A DNA stretch of 64,000 bases from an uncultured Clostridia bacterium (lineage in GTDB: Bacteria > Bacillota > Clostridia > TANB77 > CAG-508), in contig CANRNC010000005.1 of the NCBI GenBank assembly GCA_947631915.1, positions 23,789 through 87,788 on the forward strand, written 5' to 3'. Numbering within the stretch: the stretch's first letter is position 1; every line of letters begins with the position of its first letter. The position numbers were made by a program, and so were the translations under genes. Under the pieces are notes generated by a model that was given only the letters and a program-made list of their open reading frames with translations, searched no databases and had not been told where the DNA came from. This document shows positions 62,008 to 64,000 of this stretch, piece after piece.

Positions 62008-62273
62008 GAAGACTTAATCGGGATATACGATTACCAAGAAGAAGTTTTCGCATTCTTTAATAGAGAAGAAAAGATTCTGTTTGGTATCCTTTTTTTGCTT
62101 TTGGCTTTTAGCACAATAGTTTACAATAACATTACAACATAAAACTATAATTATGTAAAGAATATAGAAATTGTGTCAGTAGTATTAATACAATATTATA
62201 AAAGATATTAACAACAGTAAAAATGTAATCATATTATATAATGAGAACAATTATATAAGAAGGTTACGATAAA

Positions 62274-62618
62274 ATGATAAAGAAAATATTAAAAAAATTA
62301 AAAAAGAATTTAACAAGAGGGCTTGGTGTTAATGAAATAGATTATAACACATTGCAGGATATGCTAAAAAACGATAGCAATACAATTTTACTAGATGTAA
62401 GAAGCATTCAAGAATTTAATGAAGGGCATTTGTTAGGAGCATTAAATTTGCCTCTTGGAGAATTAAAAAATAAAGTTAGTTTACTAATACCAAACCATGG
62501 ACAAACAATTATAGTATATTGTAAAATGGGAAGTAGAAGTTTAAAAGCCACAACGATTTTGAATAAAATGGGATATACAAATGTATATCAATTAAAAGGC
62601 GGATTAGATTCAATCTAA
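62274..62618 (+). CDS. Single-domain rhodanese (sulfurtransferase)
   Basis: Active-site loop YCKMGSRS. Confidence 0.8.
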   Translation: MIKKILKKLKKNLTRGLGVNEIDYNTLQDMLKNDSNTILLDVRSIQEFNEGHLLGALNLPLGELKNKVSLLIPNHGQTIIVYCKMGSRSLKATTILNKMGYTNVYQLKGGLDSI

Positions 62619-62635
62619 TCCGCATATTTTTTTTG
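62599..62635. terminator. Bidirectional terminator overlapping convergent rhodanese and pflA stops
   Basis: GCGGATTAGA…TCTAATCCGC 10-bp stem, T9 run on + side, TTTT on minus side. Confidence 0.65.
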
Positions 62636-63330
62636 CTCTTTCTACATCACTATCAGTCGCTTCACGAATATTTTCTAATTCATAAGCAATTTTTAAATCT
62701 GTCCATTTATATTTTCCCATAGTATGATATTTTAGAAATTCAAATTTTTTAACTGTTTTCAAGGATTCTACCAATTTTTTTAGTGAAATTAAATCATTTT
62801 CATCATCAGTAATACCAGGTATAAGAACTTGTCTTATCCACATATCTATATTATTATCACTTAAATAGCGAGCAAAGTTTAATTCTTTTTCATTACTAAA
62901 ACCAACAAGCTCTTTGCATTTATCAGGATTTATATGCTTTATATCTAATAAAACTAAATCTGTATAGTTTAACAATTCTTTCACATCATCAGTTATATCA
63001 ATCATACCGTGAAGTATCAACTGCAGTATTAATACCATATGACTTTAACTTTTTAAAAAGATTTGTTAATGCTTTAGCCTGAATTAGAGGTTCACCACCA
63101 GAGATAGTTACACCACCAGAAGGGCATATATAGTTTTTATAATTTAATATTTTATTTACTATTGAATCTATAGATACTAATTCTCCAGATTTAGAATCCC
63201 ATGTATCGCGATTTTGGCAGTATTTACAACGAAGGAAACAACCTTGTAAGAAGACTACATATCGAATACCAGGACCATCTAGTGTGCCAAAAGACTCAAA
63301 AGAATGGACACGTAAAAAATTATGATCCAT
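62610..63330 (-). pseudogene. pflA: Pyruvate formate-lyase activating enzyme, +1 frameshift near 63000
   Basis: N-terminal ORF (radical-SAM CFLRCKYCQN…GINTAVDTSRYD*) and C-terminal ORF (…IDITDDVKELLNYTDLVLLD…) are collinear with PflA; removing one A/T at 63000-63001 gives RYDDITDD. Confidence 0.7.
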
Positions 63331-63382
63331 AATAATCCTCCACTTATAAATAGGAAACACGTTAAAACGTGTTCCTTAAATA

Positions 63383-64000
63383 CTATATTTTTTCATGAAT
63401 AGTTCTATTAATAACATCTAATTGTTGTTCACGAGTTAGTTTTGTGAAATGAACGGCATATCCAGAAACTCTTATAGTAAGTTGAGGATATTTTTCGGGG
63501 TGTTCCATAGCATCAACTAATAAATCTCTATCAAAAACATTTACATTAATATGATGTCCTTTTTGAGAAAAGAAACCATCTAACATACTAACAAGATTAT
63601 TAATTTGAGTTTCACTATCATGTCCTAGAGTTGAAGGAGTTATAGAGAAAGTGTAAGATATACCATCTTCTGCATACTCATAAGGAAGTTTTGCAATACT
63701 GTTCATAACAGAAAGTGCACCATTAACATCTCTTCCATGCATTGGGTTTGCACCAGGTCCGAAAGGGGCACCATAGCGTCTTCCATCAGGAGTATTACCA
63801 GTATTTTTTCCATAAACTACATTTGATGTAATAGTAAGAACAGACATTGTTGTTTTAGAATTTTTATAAGTTTTGTATTTCTTTAATTTTCCTAAAAAAT
63901 TTTTAATTATAGAAATACCTATGTCATCAACTCTACTATCATCGTTACCGAATTTTGGAAAATCTCCTTCGACAACATAATCAACAGCAAGCCCAGTTTC
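63383..64000 (-). CDS. pflB: Formate C-acetyltransferase (pyruvate formate-lyase), C-terminal part; gene continues past window end
   Basis: Glycyl-radical motif [11 protein letters not shown]; upstream frame open to 64000. Confidence 0.9.
   Translation of the reverse strand, partial: ETGLAVDYVVEGDFPKFGNDDSRVDDIGISIIKNFLGKLKKYKTYKNSKTTMSVLTITSNVVYGKNTGNTPDGRRYGAPFGPGANPMHGRDVNGALSVMNSIAKLPYEYAEDGISYTFSITPSTLGHDSETQINNLVSMLDGFFSQKGHHINVNVFDRDLLVDAMEHPEKYPQLTIRVSGYAVHFTKLTREQQLDVINRTIHEKI

Noticed and set aside
62005-62130. Possible small membrane-protein gene after the 14-bp hairpin
   Set aside because: The open frame has no ATG/GTG/TTG start in frame and no RBS. It is treated as a possible remnant only.

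Overview
This window is a low-GC, Clostridium-like Firmicute chromosomal segment with almost everything on the + strand. It is mostly housekeeping, not a mobile or defence island. Gene content in order:
- spoIIIAA-AH sporulation operon (23-5192), with spoIIIAB frameshifted.
- An orphan alpha-glucan phosphorylase.
- A small accessory surface-protein patch (8.2-12.4 kb): a GH73/SH3b autolysin with a duplicated dockerin-like tail, a cadherin-like/Big_2 membrane protein, a tiny PTTNT-repeat LPXTG protein, and two uncharacterised ORFs.
- scpB, proS, a frameshifted VWA-domain LPXTG adhesin, and groES-groEL preceded by two CIRCE operators.
- An ArsR-type repressor with a P1B heavy-metal ATPase.
- A peptidoglycan-precursor block: TM-anchored GH25 muramidase, ddl, alr, and a MATE transporter fused to a cytidylate-kinase-like P-loop domain.
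- A long lipid block: two FadD/AMP-ligase paralogs (one frameshifted), a BirA-like biotin ligase, then fabD-fabG-fabF-accB-fabZ-accC-accD-accA-fabI-acpP.
- A YiiX-like amidase, a Na/Ca exchanger, yebC, an orphan family-5 SBP, tig-clpP-clpX-ileS, an SDR, a COG0523 zinc chaperone, fba, smpB, polC, traX, a GtrB-like GT2, rhodanese, a frameshifted pflA and a partial pflB.

I found no CRISPR, tRNA/rRNA, transposase or integrase. The most notable observations are:
- Four genes are interrupted by single-base insertions in short homopolymers. This points either to a systematic sequencing artefact or to real gene decay.
- There is a dual CIRCE arrangement upstream of groESL.
- There is a dockerin-like tandem module on an autolysin.
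- There is a MATE/nucleotide-kinase-like fusion in a D-Ala-D-Ala context.
- The FASII/ACC cluster is unusually composed.
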